Shown: positions 61,729 to 64,000 of the stretch, piece after piece
How the letters are laid out: every line of letters starts with the position of its first letter
Numbering within the stretch: the first letter of the stretch is position 1
Source: Octopus sinensis
Lineage: Eukaryota
DNA length: 64,000 nucleotides
Assembly (NCBI RefSeq): GCF_006345805.1
Contig: NC_043019.1
Coordinates: 23,063,360-23,127,359, forward strand
Direction of reading: 5' to 3'
Made by a program: the position numbers and the translations under genes
Notes under the pieces: model-generated
Databases searched by the model: none
Seen by the model: the letters and a program-made list of their open reading frames with translations, nothing else
What the model was told of the DNA's origin: nothing

Positions 61729-62399
61729 TATATACTAGATATATATAGATCTACCAAATCCACTCACAAGGCTTTGGTCTGCCCTTCATTGACCAAAGCG
61801 CCAAGAGAATCCATTATAAGCATATTCATATATTGTATAAGATTATATATTTGTATGGATATTAGCCTGTTTGATTAAAAACAGATTAGATGGTCATAGT
61901 AGAAAGATCTTTGATAAGAGATCTTCTCAATTAAGATTAACATGTAGTTGACCCATTCCAGTTGTGACCACCTTGATGATTTGTATATATTTAGGACTAA
62001 GTGTCCATCATTTTTCAAGATAGTCGAGTATGATTTGAGGAAATTTAGCTGCTGTTTCTTGTAAGTCAACAACAACGGCAGTAACAGCGAGAACAACGAC
62101 AACAGCAAGAAAGTTGTTGAGCTACTAGAAATAGCAATCAAATCCCAAACCTAGCTTCGAGGAAAAGTTAGAACACACCAAGTGACTGGAGATTGTGGCT
62201 ACACAAAGGCACAGTGTTGGTCAATGCTAGAATAATGTTAATTAATAAAGTTTGATTGATTAGGACTGACCTAGGGTTAACTAACAACAACAACACCAAC
62301 AACAACATTTTATTGTCTGTCTCAGCACTTGTGTGGTACCATTATCAAAGATACAATCACAGAGAAATTGCAGAGTGTGTCTAGTAGACATTTCAACAA

Positions 62400-64000
62400 T
62401 ATCAGTGAGGCAGTGTACTGTGGTGGTGGTGGTGGTGGCCAGTGGTGGCGGTGATGGCTTTGGCAGCAGTGGTGACGGCAGTGGCAGCAGCAGTGGCGGT
62501 GGCAGTGGCAGTAGCAGTGGTGGTAATGTGATGGTGGCGGTGGTGGTGGTGGCGGCGGTGGGGGGGCAGTGCGGTGGAGGCGGCAGTGGTGGCGACAGCG
62601 ACGGCGACAGGGGTGGTGGTGGCGGCACTGACAGCAGCAGTGGCGGTGGCGGTGGTAGTGGCAGTAATGCGGGGTGGTGGTGGTGGAGGTGGTGGTGCTG
62701 GTGGCTTTGATGGTGGAGGTGGTGGAGATGATGATATGGTGAGGGTGATGATGGTGAGGGTGATGATGATGGTGGTGATGATAATGTGGGGAAGGATGAT
62801 GATGATAATGATGGTAGTGGTGTGGTGGTGATAATGATGGTAGTGGTGATGAGGGTGGTGTGGTGGTGTGTGGAGGATGATGATGATGGTGAGGGTGGAT
62901 GATGGTGAGGGTGATGGTGATGGTGTGATGATCATTTGTGGGGAAGGATGATGATGATGACGATGGTATGGTGATGTGGTGATAATGATGGTAGTGGTGA
63001 TGAAGGTGGTGGTGGTGTGGTGGTGGAGATGATGATGATGGTGAGGGTGATGATGGTGAGGGTGATGATGATGGTGTGTGATGATAATGGTGGGAAGGAT
63101 GATGATGATAATGATGGTAGTGGTGATGGTGGTGATAATGATGGTAGTGGTGATGAGGTGGTGTGTGGTGGTGTGGTGGAGATGATGAATGATGGTGAGG
63201 GTGATGATGGTGAGGGTGATGGTGATGGTGGTGATGATCATTTGTGGGGAAGGATGATGATGATGACGATGTATGGTGATGGTGGTGATAATGATGGTAG
63301 TGGTGATGAAGGTGGTGGTGGTGGTGGTGGTGGAGATGATGATGATGGTGAGGGTGATGATGGTGAGGGTGATGGTGATGGTGGTGATGATCATTTGTGG
63401 GGAAGGATGATGATGATGACGATGGTAGTGGTGATGGTGGTGATAATGATGGTAGTGGTGATGAAGGTGGTGGTGGTGGTGGTGGTGGAGATGATGATGA
63501 TGGTGAGGGTGATGATGGTGAGGGTGATGGTGATGGTGGTGATGATCATTTGTGGGGAAGGATGATGATATGACGATGGTAGTGTGATGGTGGTGATAAT
63601 GATGGTAGTGGTGATGAAGGTGGTGGTGGTTGGTGGTTGGAGATGATGATGATGGTGAGGGTGATGATGGTGAGGGTGATGGTGATGGTGGATGATCATT
63701 TGTGGGAAGGATGATGATGATGACGATGGTAGTGGTGATGGTGTGATAATGATGGTAGGGTGATGAAGGTGGTGGTGGTGGTGGTGGTGGAGATGATGAT
63801 GATGGTGAGGGTGATGATGGTGAGGGTGATGGTGATGGTGGTGATGATCATTTGTGGGGAAGGATGATGATGATGACGATGGTAGTGGTGATGGTGGTGA
63901 TAATGATGGTAGTGGTGATGAAGGTGGTGGTGGTGGTGGTGGTGGAGATGATGATGATGGTGAGGGTGATGATGGTGAGGGTGATGGTGATGGTGGTGAT
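62400..64000 (+). repeat. (GGT)/(GAT) field becoming a ~150-155 bp higher-order satellite, running off the window end
   Basis: Anchor GATCATTTGTGGGGAAGG has its C at 63239, 63392, 63547, 63697 and 63849. Confidence 0.9.

Noticed and set aside
62402-63394. 330-aa minus-strand ORF and the other long His/Thr/Ile/Asp-rich ORFs (50878-51742, 54159-55136, 58008-58625)
   Set aside because: Translations of trinucleotide arrays that lack stops in most frames; the repeat unit length does not preserve frame, and no splice or domain evidence was found.

Overview
Eukaryotic, AT-rich, repeat-saturated genomic DNA, most likely a coleoid cephalopod (Octopus-like). The organism call is an inference from the tRNA-derived SINE families and the very high (TA)n/(CA)n/(AAT)n/(CAT)n microsatellite load. 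I cannot support any intact host gene: almost all long ORFs in the track are microsatellite translations or transposon remnants. The window holds at least six SINE-like families and LINE remnants of several clades (R4/Dong, HERO-like, L1/Tx1, CR1, RTE, a Jockey/L2-type tail, Penelope-like). It also holds a split Gypsy integrase, one full-length and several partial Tc1/mariner elements, a hAT MITE with an 8-bp TSD, Helitron pieces, minisatellites and a 100-N gap. Best leads: (1) small (TA)n-embedded elements with minimal hammerhead-ribozyme folds and variant cores (29.2, 50.4, 61.5 kb); (2) a covarying pseudoknot-like RNA module shared by two diverged retroposon 3' ends (20.0 and 58.9 kb); (3) a Tx1-type LINE with a 17-bp GC-rich TSD, possibly target-specific; (4) one tRNA-like SINE head joined to three unrelated bodies. 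All calls were made by eye, without database searches.
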